Of a DNA stretch of 64,000 nt, positions 42,407 through 63,565 are shown one piece after another. A model generated the notes under the pieces. That model worked only from the letters and a program-made list of their open reading frames with translations, did not search any database and was not told the DNA's origin. Source of the stretch: the human T2T-CHM13v2.0 reference genome, Homo sapiens; assembly GCF_009914755.1 (NCBI RefSeq), contig NC_060940.1; one strand, 5' to 3'. The position numbers were made by a program, and so were the translations under genes. The stretch's first letter is position 1. Each line of letters opens with the position of its first letter.

Positions 42407-42763
42407 CATACTCCATACTGTACATATTTTTAAAAGTTCTGATTTTTTAAATTCTAATAATCTATGAAATTTTAAGTACATATAAACAAACAGCATTGTG
42501 CTAAAAATGTTTTTTAAACGAACAGAGTATTCTTTATCACACAATCTCTTCTCTTAACTTCTAAATCTCAACTAGTTTTCTATCTCATGTATTTCTTTCT
42601 TTATTTTCCCCCTTGGCTCAAGTAATTTTAATAACACTCCCATTTCAATAACCCCTCAGTTTTATGATTATAAATTACTTGAATGTAAACATCAGAATTG
42701 ATCATTGTTTTTAGAATATTTTCACCTAGAATTTTTCTCTGTTCATATATACTTACATTTTTA

Positions 42764-43094
<331 letters not shown>

Positions 43095-43562
43095 TTAAAC
43101 AATAAATATAATTTCTGAAAATTGAGAGGGAAAAAGAGCAAGAGAGGGAAAAAGAATAAACAGTCTAACTGAAAATAGAGACTATAGATTTTACGGCATA
43201 TGAATTTTATGTTAATTAGAATATATTGCAGCCGGGCACAGTGGCTCACACCTGTATCCCAGCACTTTGGGAGGCCCAGGCAGACAGATCATTTGAAGCC
43301 AGGGGTTCAAGACCGGCCTGGCCAACATGGCGAAACCCCATCTCTACTAAAAATATAACAATTAGTCAGGTGTGGTAGTGCACGTGCCTGTAGTCCCAGC
43401 TACTCAGGAGGCTGAGGCACGAGAATCACTTGAGCCTGGGAGTTGGAGGTTGTAGTGAGCCAAGATTGTGCCACTGCACTCCAGCCTGGGTAACAAAGAG
43501 TGAGACTCTGTCTCAAAAAAATAAAATTAAAATTAAAATTAAAATTAAAGCGTCTATTGCTA

Positions 43563-43760
<198 letters not shown>

Positions 43761-43877
43761 CTAGAGGAGACAAAAACAGCCCCAGAAATACGTTTTCTTT
43801 AAAGTTTTATAGAGTCAAGAACTGTTTTTAAATTGTTTGTACTATAACACCTTAATTTGAGAATACGATTCACTTAC

Positions 43878-43937
43878 CTGAAGGCGGGCTAGTGTCTTGC
43901 TGTATTCCCTTTTCAAGAATGCTAATTTCTCCTTTAA
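43878..43937 (-). CDS. PALB2: PALB2 exon 2 (BRCA1-binding coiled coil)
   Basis: 60 nt; CAG|TTAAAG acceptor; LKEKLAFLKREYSKTLARLQ; donor CAG|GTAAGT. Confidence 0.96.
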
Positions 43938-45281
43938 CTGGAAGAAGAAAAACACCAACAATACTGGGCAAGTGGAAAGGTGGAGTCAGAGGGAAGGGAT
44001 GCAGTGCTTGGCGGGGTCCCTTGGCAAGAGGCAGGGAGTAGCACTGGTCCATAACAATCTACTTTTGGTTCTCAAAAAGCACCAAGCTCTGACCATTTCA
44101 GGATCTTTGCATAACCTGTTCCTATCATCTGGAACATGTCCTTCCTTTGCCAATTCCTACTGATTCCTCAAACCTTAGCTTAGATTTTTATTTCCCTGGG
44201 ATAGACTTCTAGGTCCTTCTCCAAATCTAGGTTAGACACTCTACCAGTCCTCTGTACTTTCCTTACCACAGTATTCTCACACTATGTTCTCTGTTTCTCC
44301 CCATCATCCAGATCCTTGAAGGTAGCAGGAACTGCCATCCTCAGTCACTCAACAAATGAATCTTCTATTTATCCGTTAATGGTCCAGGTATCTCTAGTAC
44401 CTGGAATAATAATTGATACCCACTATGTGTCAATTAGTGCTCCAGATGCTATTCTAGATGCAATTTACATACAGTGAGGGAGACAGATAATAAATAAGAA
44501 AACAAACAGAAATGATTTTACAAGGTAAAAAAATACACAGATAAACAGAGTGATATGAGAGAGTTACTGGCCTACTGACAGGGACTACTTTAGTTACAGT
44601 GGTCAGGGAGGCATTTTTGACTATCATTTGAGCCTAAGACTGAATGAGGAAGGAGCTAGTTTTGGGAAGATCAGAGGGAACGGTACCCCAGGCAGAGGGA
44701 ACCACAAATATAAAAGCTCTGCAGTGGAATAGGTTACCTACGTTTGAGGAACACGCAGAAGGCCAGTGAGGTTGGAGCTATCATTGCTCAATCTCCAGCC
44801 AGGCACACAGTAGGCATTTAACAAATATTTATTAAATAAATAAATGAATTGGGCTGAATCAAATTACTGTTCTCTGAAAGCCTAGATTCCCTCGTCTCTC
44901 TGGCTTCTTTGCTTCAAAGGATTCTCTCAGCAGCAAAGCCAGCCTCGGTTTTTCTGCTTTTTAGCAACTTTTTAGCTGTACTCATCTTTCAACCAACAAA
45001 ACATCAAGATTTCCATCCTCCATACATGCCTTTTTTAAAAAAAAGAAAAGACCTACTCAGCTGGGCGCAGTGGCTCACGCCTGTAATCCCAACACTTGGG
45101 GAAGCTGAGGTGGGTGGATCATTTGAGGTCAAGAGTTCGAGACCCGCCTGGCCAACATGGTGAAATCCTGCTTCTACTAAAGATACAAAAATGAGCCGGG
45201 TGTGGTGGTGGGTGCCTGTAGGAGGCTGAAGCAGGAGAATTGCTTGAACCCGGAGGCGGAGGTTGCAGTGGGCCTAGATCA

Positions 45282-45664
<383 letters not shown>

Positions 45665-46058
45665 CTACTAGACAAGTTGCCAACCGTAAGGAATTTTCTT
45701 TTTTTTTGAGAGACAGTCTCACTCTGTCGTCCAGCCTGGCGTGCAGTGGCGCGATCTCGGCAGCTCCCTGCAACCTCAGCGTCCCCTGGTTCAAGCGATT
45801 CTCGTGCATCAGCCTCTGAGGCCTGAGCCTCTGGGACTACAGGCTGGCGTCACCACACCCGGCTAATTTTTGTATTTTTAGTAGAGACGGGGTTTCACTA
45901 CGTTGCCTAGGCTGGTCTCAAACTCTGAGCTCAAGCGATCTGCCCATCTCGGCCTCCCAAAGTGCGGGGATTACAGGCGTGAGCCAGGGAGACTGGCCTC
46001 CCACCAATCTTATCAATGTCTGGGGATTATCTTGTTTACTTATAAATGATCTTTCTCA

Positions 46059-46457
<399 letters not shown>

Positions 46458-46917
46458 TCAGATCATACCATTTATGAACATTCCCTTCTCCAAAAAATAT
46501 ACATAGGATTCCTTTTTGGTGGTTAGGGATACGCCCCTCCTCCACCACCCACATTAACACACGAAAGGACCTGGAAGTACCAGACTTAAAAGATTTACTT
46601 GAGGCCGTCCGGGGGGAGAAGTAAAGATTGAGGGTGTGGGAGGGGGGAGGAGCAAGGGTGTCGATACAGCTTTATCTACAAACTGTTACACATTGTATTA
46701 ATGCGCTGCTACTGTAATGAAATTTGTTCTTTAAACGCCACCACGTGAGCACCACGCTATTTCCACATTTTCATTTTCTGTGCCCCCTCAGCCCTAAGAG
46801 GAGGGGGTGGTCAGATGATACTGCTGCCCTCGGACTGCCGAGGACACAAAGCCAGGCCTAAAACCCTGGGAAAGCGGGGTCAGAGTCCTGCGTCCGCCCT
46901 TCCCGCACCCCCGGCAC

Positions 46918-46965
46918 CTTTTCCTTCTCCTCACAGCTGAGGGGCTTCCCGGGAGGCTCGTCCAT
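46918..46965 (-). CDS. PALB2: PALB2 exon 1 coding part
   Basis: 48 nt; ATG at 46965; MDEPPGKPLSCEEKEK; donor AAG|GTGCCG. Confidence 0.96.
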
Positions 46966-47350
46966 CGGGCAGGCGACAGAACGAAAAGAGCAGCCGTCGC
47001 CGACCCCAGGCCTGCCGACACCGGGACCCAGTTGGCCCTGGGCCGGGGAGGCGCCCCAGGAAGGAATGGGGAGCCCGGGATCGCACCCTCAGTGCGCGAT
47101 CAGCTGACCCACGCGGGCCAAGCGCGCCCTAAACTCCGGCCAATTAAATCCACCATTCGGCCTGCGCACGCGCAGCCGTAGACGGCCGAGCAGTGGAGCG
47201 AGGCCGCCTAAAGGAGAGCCGCGCTGTCGATGAGTCCCAGTGGGCCACCTGGAGCGGAAGTGGAGGAGCGGCCGGAAGTAGCCGGAATCTCTGAAAGACT
47301 GACCGACTGACTCTGACAGGATCCGGGGCTGAGGGAAGGAGGCGGCGGCC

Positions 47351-47398
47351 ATGGAGTTGGGCGAGCTGCTCTACAACAAGTCTGAGTACATCGAGACG
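47351..47398 (+). CDS. DCTN5: DCTN5 (dynactin subunit 5, p25) coding exon 1
   Basis: Strong Kozak GCCATGG; MELGELLYNKSEYIET; donor ACG|GTGCGC. Confidence 0.95.
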
Positions 47399-47713
47399 GT
47401 GCGCGGGTCCAGATATGTATCCTCCTCTTTCCAACCCTGCGTCCCTTTGAGGCCTGGTCGGCGTTCCCAACCTGCCCCTACCCCACCAACCCCTGTCCCT
47501 TTGGCCATTAGTCCCGGATTATCTAGCGATGCCCCGTGTACCGTCTGGCTTTGCTGTTTACTCCGCGCTTGGCCAGTTGAGGCCTTTTGTATTTATTCCT
47601 GATTTTCTCATAGGGGTAAAGTGCCTTCGGGAGGATAGGACAAGTCCCATCCTGTTCATACGAATTACAGCTCGGACTTCGGGCCCTTTTACACTGCCTT
47701 TTGTATCTGTTAA

Positions 47714-47977
<264 letters not shown>

Positions 47978-48233
47978 TGATCGACCCGCCTCGGCCTCCC
48001 AAAGTGCTGGCATTACAGGCGTGAGCCACCGCACCCTGCCGATTTGGTTCTTTATGATCAGTACATGATATGTTTGTAAAATCTTGGAAACAGGGCAAGT
48101 GGTCAATTAACGTTACTATCGTTATTTTGGTTTTCTTTGCTTTCTCACAACTCTGATACTCATAGTCATTATCCTCGTTTTAAGGCCGTAAAGCCCACGC
48201 GTGGAAGTGGGATTTGAATCCGCGTCTGTCTGA

Positions 48234-48458
<225 letters not shown>

Positions 48459-48762
48459 TAAAAAATTTTTTTTTTGTTGAGAAGGGGTCTCACTATGTTG
48501 CCTAGGCTGGTCTTGAGCTCCTGTCCTCAAGGGATCCGTCTGCCTCAGCCTCTCAAAGTGCTGAGATTACAGGCATGAGCCACCATACTCAGCCATAGTT
48601 TCCTAATCCATCATTGCTTTTTTGATATCCTGGACTCACTCCATTGTGGACAGCACCCCACTTTATGTTTTTTTCTCTCAAATGGGAGCTTTCTTGATGG
48701 AAACCTGTAGTCCAGAAACCTATTAAGTTTGCTTTCCCCGGTTTTCCGTTGTTTTCTTTTAG

Positions 48763-49409
<647 letters not shown>

Positions 49410-50041
49410 TGATATAGTGTGCATTAAACTACTGGGCACAAAGTGTAACAGGTAATGAAATATTTGAAGGTAGAAACTAAAGTAATACTTAATAAAATTA
49501 TCTCTTTAGTAAAAATTAATAATTCACTATTAACTGAAACTCTTAAAACGAATGTGACAATTGGAAAAGATATTAAAGTATGAGACAAATATGCAAAGTG
49601 GAATCTGAAAGCCTGAGAATCTTGTAATCCAAATAAATTACAATAGCAAAGAGACGAGTATAAACTTGGAAGAGAAAATATCACAGGGTATATTTGAGCT
49701 TGACAAACAGTGAAGTTCACAGTTGTTTTCCTGCCATCTGGAACACTCAATTTTGAAATTAATTTTTCTTTAAATATTACATCTCTAACTTCCAGAAGGA
49801 AAATAGTCTCCTTATAACCAAGAGATCACAAATATTTTCAGTAGAAGATAATTAGTCTCCATTAAGCCTGTCATACCAAGGAATTAAGTGGAAAAGAAAT
49901 ATAATTCAGTAATTGCTGCTCAGACATACTGTTTCTTTTTTTTCCTTTTTTGTTGAGACAGAGTATTGCTCTGTCACCCAGGTCGGAGTACAGTGGCGCG
50001 ATCTTGGCTCACTGCAACTTCCACCTCCTGGCATCAGGTGA

Positions 50042-50233
<192 letters not shown>

Positions 50234-50392
50234 TGAGTAGCTAGGACTACAGGCACCCACCACCATGCCCAGCTAATTTTTTGTATTTTTATCAGAGATG
50301 GGGTTTCACCGTGTTAGCCAGGATGGTCTCAATCTCCTGACCTCGTGATCCACCTGCCTTGTCCTCCGAAAGTGCTGGGATTACAGGCGTGA

Positions 50393-56100
<5,708 letters not shown>

Positions 56101-56699
56101 TCTAAGATTCATTGTGGTCTGTGCATTTTATTTTATTTTCTTTTAAGATGGAGTTTTGCTCTTATTGCCCAGGCTGGAGTGTAATGGTGCGATCTTGACT
56201 CACTGCAACCTCCAGGTTCAAGCGATTCTCCTGCCTCCCTCCCTCCCCACACACCACCTCTTCCTCCCACCACACCTGGCTAATTTTTTTTTTTTTTTTT
56301 GTATTTTTAGTAGAGACCGGGTTTCACCATGTTGGCCAGGATGGTCTTGAACTCCTGACCTCAGGTGATTGCCCACTTTGGCCTCCCAAAGTGCTGGGAT
56401 TACAGGCATGAGCCACTGCACCCGGCTGGCCCGTCTGTGCATTTTCACTGCTGTGTACAATTCCACTTATCCACCCTCCTCTTGGTGGAAAGTTACTTTG
56501 TTTCTAGTTTTTTGCTGTTATGAACAATCCATTTATATTTCTATCCCTTCTCTTTCAGAACTTTGTCATTTCTGTTTTCCTGAGCCCATATATCAGATGT
56601 CACAGTGCCTGCAGGGATAGAAAGAGATCAGATGAGTCAGTAAGACTGAGTGTGAACAATAGAGAGTGGTGGGGCCTGGTGAATTGGAGAATGTGACCA

Positions 56700-56985
56700 A
56701 TCTAAGCCCAAGCTGGTTGTTACTGTGTGGGAATACAGGCCCACGTGGCAACAATCAGCTTTCCAGAGCGTCTGATTCTTTTTCAAAAGCAACTGGAAAT
56801 CTCACTTTTTAAAATGCAAGATGTTCCACTACTCAAATAGTAATGTTTAATTTTAAATGATTTGTTAAAATGCCACGTGTCCTTCCTGTAGGAGATAGCT
56901 AAAAAAAATTAAAAGAAATAAATAATAAAAATGCTGCATGAGCCAAACAATACAGGTTTGCAAGTATAGTCCTTCAACCTCCACT
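56700..56985 (+). mobile_element. MER103-like hAT-Charlie remnant
   Basis: TTTTCAAAAGCAACTGGAAATCTCACTTTTT and GAGCCAAACAATACAGG...CAACCTC resemble MER103C as I recall it. Confidence 0.4.
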
Positions 56986-58580
56986 TTGCTATCTCTGCCT
57001 TGCCCATTGTTGAGTTCAGTGAACTCTTTGCTTTGCTTCTGTGAAGGGCAGCCACCTCCTTTCATTTGCTTCTCTGAAGGGCAGCCACCTTCTTTCTTTT
57101 TAACACCCCGTTACCTCTGTTTTGAATCTGACTTCTCTTCCTCAGCACTACTCCTTGTGAAATAGGAAACCAAGATTTGAGTCCATCTTCCTAAATTTCT
57201 CTGACCACCTGTGATACAATTTACTTCCTTTGCATGTGTTTGCTTCTTTAGTTAGTGTATAGTTTAGGCTGACAAACAGACTTATGTGGATGTTCTTTAT
57301 TTCCAGATTAAGCTTGTTGTACTTATTTAAAACACAATAAAACAACCACCATCACCAAATACCCAGGACTTTTGGAATTCTGTTTTCCTCCAAAAGAAAA
57401 GGAAGCCATTTTCTCTGATTGTAGGTGGAAACATGAAACTGAAAACAATAATTGAAGTAAATTAAGACTCTTAGATGGAGGAAGTTCATGCTAGAAATAG
57501 ATAATCTCTTTAAGCTTGAAGAGTACATCTTTTGAAAACCAAAGTGGCTGGGCACGGTGGCTCATGCCTATAATCCCAGCACTTTGCGAGACCAAGGCAG
57601 GCGGAGGCGGGCAGATTACCTGAGGTCAGGAGTTTGAGAGCAGCCTGGCCATCATGGTGAAACCCCATCTCTACTAAAAATACAAAAATTAGCCTAGTGT
57701 GATGGCATGCGCCTGTAATCCCAGCTACTCAGGAGGCTGAGGCAAGAGAATCACTTGAACCTGGGAGGCAGAGGTTGTAGTGAGTTGAGATCACACCACT
57801 GTGCCCCAGCCTGAGCAACAGAGTAAGACTCCATCTCAAAAACTAAAAATAAAAAAGAAAACCAAAAGAACTGTAATACTTCATAATCAGCAGCAGATGT
57901 GGAAGTTCTTTTTTATGAGTACAAGTTTTGTAGACTATACGTATGCAGTTGAGTAAGTTTTTCCAGGTATGAGTCTGTTTCTTTTTTGGTATTCTTCAGA
58001 GTCAGGTGTTCAGGCTAGCGATAAATCTAAATTCACCTATATATCAGGAGTTCCCCACCTACCTCCCTAGCCTGACCTTCTGTCCTTGACCTCAGACCTT
58101 TATTTACAACTGCCTATTGATCATCCCGTAGCTATCTCAAATTCAACATTTCAAAATTTAATTGGTAATCCTCATAATTGCTTACCCTATTGTAAATTCT
58201 CTTTGTCTTACCTCCCAACAGCCGAACAGTCACCAAGTCATATAGATTCTCTTCCTTCTTTTCTTTTTAAACATTTTATTATGGAACTAAAACCAATCAT
58301 CTTTATTGAGGTATAATTTGCATACAATAAATGTATCCATTTTGAGTGTGCAGTTTGACAAGTTTTGACTGATGGGTACATCTATGCAACCACTACTACA
58401 ATCAAGATATAGAATACATTTCTATTACTCTAGTTTCCTTGTGCCCCTTTGCAGTCAATCCTCTACCCTTGTACCCTTGCCTCAGGCAACCACCAATATA
58501 AAACTAATATAGATTAGTTTTGCATTTTCTGAAGTTTCATATAATTAGAATCACAAGCCCTTTTTAAAAATAATTTTTCA

Positions 58581-58967
<387 letters not shown>

Positions 58968-59041
58968 TCAGTGTAATTGGGATACTCATCACCTTAAATA
59001 TTTGTCTTTATGCTAGAAACAATCAAATTATTTCCTTCTAG

Positions 59042-60420
59042 AGTAGCCAAGGCAATCTTGAGCAAAAAGAACAAAGTTGTAGGTATCACGCTACCTGACT
59101 TCAAACTACTACAGGGCTACAGTAATCAAAACAGCGTGTTGCTGGTACAAGAACAGACACAGAACAATGGAACAGAATAGAAAACCCAGAAATAAGACCA
59201 CACACCTACAACTATCTCATCTTCATCAAACCTTCTAAAAACAAGCAATGAGGAAAGGATTCTCTATTCAATAAATGGTGCTTGGATAACTGGCTAGCCA
59301 TATGGAGAAAATTGAAACTGGACCCCTTCCTTATACCATATAGAAAAATCAACTCAAGATGGATTAAAGACTTAAATATAAAACCCAAAACTGTAAAAAT
59401 CCTGGAAGACAACCTAACCAGTACCATTCAGGACATAGGTACAGGCAAAGATTTCATGATGAAGATGCCAAAAGCAATTGCAACAAAGCGAAAGTTGACA
59501 AATGAGATCTGATTAAACTAAAGCGCTTCTGCACAGCAAAAGAAACTATTAACAGGGTAAACAGACATCCTACAGAATGGGAGAAAATTTTTGCAAACTA
59601 TGCATCTGACAAAGGTCTAATATCCAGCATCTAAAGGAATTAAACAAATTTACAAGTAGAAAACAACCCCATTTAAAAAGTGGGCAAAGGACATGAACAG
59701 ACACTTTTCAAAAGAAGAAATACAATAATCATGACAAAAAGCTCAACATCACTGATCATTAGAGAAGTGCAAATCAAAACCACGAGATACCGTCTCACAC
59801 CAGTCAGAATAGCTGTTATTAAAAAGTCAGAAAATAACAGATGCTGGTGAGGTTGTGAAGAAAAAGGAACACTTACATACTGTTAGTGGGAGTGTAACCA
59901 TTGTGGAAGACAGTGTGGTGATTCCTCAGAGACCTAAAGACAGAAATACCATTTGACCCAGCAATCCCATTACTGGATATATACCCAAAAGAATATAAAT
60001 CATTCTATTATAAAGACATGTGCACACATATATTCATTGCAACACTGTTCACAATAGCAAAGACATGGAATCAACCTAAATGCTTATCAGTGATAGACTG
60101 GATAAAGAAAATGTGGTACAGGTACACCATGAAATACAATGCAGCCATAAAAAAGAATGAGATCATATTTTTTGCAGGGACATGGATGGAGCTGGAGGCT
60201 AAATGATGAGAACACATGGACACATAGAGGGGAACAACACACACTGGGGCCTATGGGAGCGGGGAGTTGGGAGGGTGCAGGAGGGAAAGGATCGGGAAAA
60301 ATAATGGGTACTAGGCTTAATACCTGGGTGATGAAATAATGTGTACAACAAACCTCCATGACACAAGTTTACCTATGTAACAAACCTGCATATGTACCCC
60401 TGAACTTAAAAGTTTAAAAA
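59042..60420 (+). mobile_element. 5'-truncated primate L1PA element (ORF2 3' end plus 3' UTR) nested in an older antisense L1M
   Basis: ORF2 remnants [15 protein letters not shown] and FIATLFTIAKTWNQPKC; perfect 17-bp TSD AAATTATTTCCTTCTAG at 59025-59041 and 60421-60437. Confidence 0.9.
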
Positions 60421-60789
60421 AAATTATTTCCTTCTAGCTGTTTTGAAATACATAATAGATTACTGTAAACTGTAGTCACCCTACTGACCTATCAAATTCT
60501 AGGTCTTATTTCTTCTATCAAGCTGTATATTTGTGCCCATTAATTAACCCCTCTTCCTTCCTCCTACCTTTCTTGGCCTTTGGTAACCAACAGTCTACTC
60601 TCTGTCTTGAAATCTGCTTTTTTAGTGCCCACATATGAGTGAGAACGTGTGATATATGTCTTTCTGTGCTTGGCTTATTTCATTTAATATAGTAACCTCC
60701 AGTTCCATCCATGTTGCTGCAAATGACAGGATTTCGTTCTTTTTTATGACTGAATAATATTCCATTATGTATATATACTACATTTTCTT

Positions 60790-60822
60790 CACTTGATCTT
60801 AGCCAAAAGGCCAAGAAGTGAT
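60790..60822 (-). pseudogene. 3'-truncated U2 snRNA retrocopy (first 33 nt)
   Basis: Minus strand ATCACTTCTTGGCCTTTTGGCTAAGATCAAGTG versus U2 5' end ATCGCTTCTCGGCCTTTTGGCTAAGATCAAGTG (two CpG transitions); 17-bp TSD ATATAC(T/C)ACATTTTCTT at 60773-60789 and 60823-60839. Confidence 0.9.
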
Positions 60823-63179
60823 ATATACCACATTTTCTTTATCCTTTCGCCCATTCATGGATATCTGGGTTAGAATCATATACTCTTTTATGTCAAGCTT
60901 TTTTCACGCAGCATAATGTTTTTGAGATGTATCCATCTTGTTGCATATAGTAGCAGATTATTATTTTTTCCTTTTTATAGCTAAATATTATCATTATGGA
61001 ACTTTTAAGACATGTACAAAAGTAGAGAGGATATATAAGGAATTCCCACAAACTCATTTACCAGCTTCCATAATTAGCAATATTCTGACATTTTTGCTTC
61101 ATCTCTAAACTCACCTTGTAAACTCAAGTCCTAGTTTGACTAGGGTGGGGTAGGGAACGCTAGAGTTTTTTATTCTTACTTATTTATTTTTTCTTTTTCT
61201 GAGACAGAGTCTTACTCTGTTGCCCAGGCTGGAGTGCAGCAAGTGGCACTATCATAGCTCACTGTAGCCTTGATTCTTAGTGATCCTTCCGCCTCAGCCT
61301 CTGGTGTAGCTGGGACTATAGGCACGTGCCACCATGCCCTGCTTAATTTTTTTTTTTTTTTCTTGAGGCACAGTCTTGCTCTGTCACCCAGGTGGGAGTG
61401 CAGTGGTGTGATCTCAGCTTACCGCAGCCTCGACCTCCACATACTCAGACAATCCCCCCACCGCAGACTCCTGAGTAGCTGGGACTACAGGTGCACACCA
61501 CCACATCTGGCTAATTTTTGTATTTTTTGCAAAGATAGGGTTTTGCCATGTTTCCCAGGCTGGTCTTGCCCTCCTGTGCTCAAGCAGTCCTCCTGCATCA
61601 GCCTCCCAAAGTACTAGAATTACAGGCATGAGCCACCATTCCCGGCTGGATGGTATTTTAAAACAAATTGCAAATGTCATATTATTTCACCCACAAATAC
61701 TTCAGTGTGTCTTACTAATTCTTAAGGACTTAAAAATTCAGTAGAGGTGGGGCATGGTGGCTCACAATTGGAATCCTAGCACTTGGGAGGCTGAAGTAAG
61801 AGAATTACTTGAGGCCAGGCATTTGTGACCAGCCTGGGCAACATAGCAAGACCATGTCTCTACAAAAAATGAAAAGAAAAATTAGCCAGGTCTAGTGGCA
61901 TGCACCTGTAGTCCCAGCTACCTGGAGGCTGAGGCAGAAGGATCTCTTGAGCCCAGGAGTTCAAGGTTACAGTGAGCCATGATCATGCCACTGCACTCCA
62001 GCCTGGGTGACAGAGCGAGACCCTGTCTCTATAAACAAACAAAAATGAGTAGAGTATCACTGTTATCATGTTAATATTGTAAAAACTCCAGTACTTCCTT
62101 AATACCATCTAACGCTCAGTCCATATTCAGTCTTCCCAGTATCTCAGGATATCTTTTTCCAGTTCATTTGTTCAAAGCAGAATCCAAACATGATGCTGCA
62201 CACATTGTATTTGGTTGATATGTCTCTTAAGTCTCTTTTAATCTGTAACAGTTCTCTTTCCCCAACCCTTTTTTCTCTCCATGCCATTTATATATTGCAG
62301 AAACTGGGTCACTATCCAGTTGAATTCTCCAGCTGCTGAATTTGGCTGATTATGTCTATATGGAATTGCCTAATAGGGTCCTTATCTCCCTCCTTCCTTG
62401 AAATTGGTCATTAAATCTACAGACTTAATCAGATTAATTTACTTTTATTATTAATTTATATATTTTTACTATTTATTTTTTCTTTCTATATGTACAGTTA
62501 TTGCTTTAGATAAGATCCATTATAGGCTGGGCTCAGTGGCTCATGCCTATAATCCCAGCACTTTGGGAGGATCACTTGAGGTCAGGAGTTCAAGACCAGC
62601 CTAGCCAACATGGTGAAACCCTATCTCTACTAAAAATACAAAAATGAGCCGGGCATGGTGGTGGGTGCCTGTCATCCCAGCTACTGGGGAGGCTGAGGCA
62701 GGAGAATTGCTTGAGCCTGGGAGGCGGGGTTGCAGTGAGCCAAGATCATGCCACTGCACTCCAGCCTGAGTGACAGAGCAAGACTCCATCTCAAAAAAAA
62801 AAAAAAATAAAGACTCATTATCTATTTTTACCTTGATCCATTGTAGTCATCTAAAGGGTCAGTTTTCCTCAGGTCTCTCACCTGTATCCTCCATGCAGAT
62901 GCCAGGGTGCTTCCAGAGTAGTAGTAATAATACGGAAATTTATGTATGTTAATCCTTTGTTTAAAATACTGGGGCCAAGTGCAGTGTCTAATGCCTGCAA
63001 TCGCAGCACTTTGGGAGGTCAAAGTTGGAGGATTGATTGCATGAGCCTAGGGGTTCAAGACCAGCGTGGGCAACATAGTGAGACTCCATCTCTACAAAAC
63101 ATTTAAAAATTAGTGGGATGTGGTGGCACACACCTGTAGTCCCAGCTGCACAGAAGGCTTAGGCGGGAGGATCCCTTGA

Positions 63180-63565
<386 letters not shown>

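Larger units (their letters stand above)
46730..47620. promoter_or_regulatory. Bidirectional CpG-island promoter shared by PALB2 and DCTN5
   Basis: Head-to-head ATGs at 46965 (-) and 47351 (+); CCAAT 47140-47144; NRF1-like TGCGCACGCGCA 47163-47174; tandem ETS/GABP sites GCGGAAGT 47254-47261 and CCGGAAGT 47272-47279; no TATA box seen. Confidence 0.9.

Noticed and set aside
46918-47398. PALB2 and DCTN5 first coding exons are both 48 nt with GTGC donors
   Set aside because: No sequence similarity between them; most likely coincidence
57032-57096. 33-bp tandem duplication TTTGCTTCT(G/C)TGAAGGGCAGCCACCT...
   Set aside because: Ordinary two-copy slippage in an intron with no supporting functional signal
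59282-60339. L1 ORF2-like peptides
   Set aside because: Fragmented by stops and frameshifts in a 5'-truncated element; not a functional reverse transcriptase
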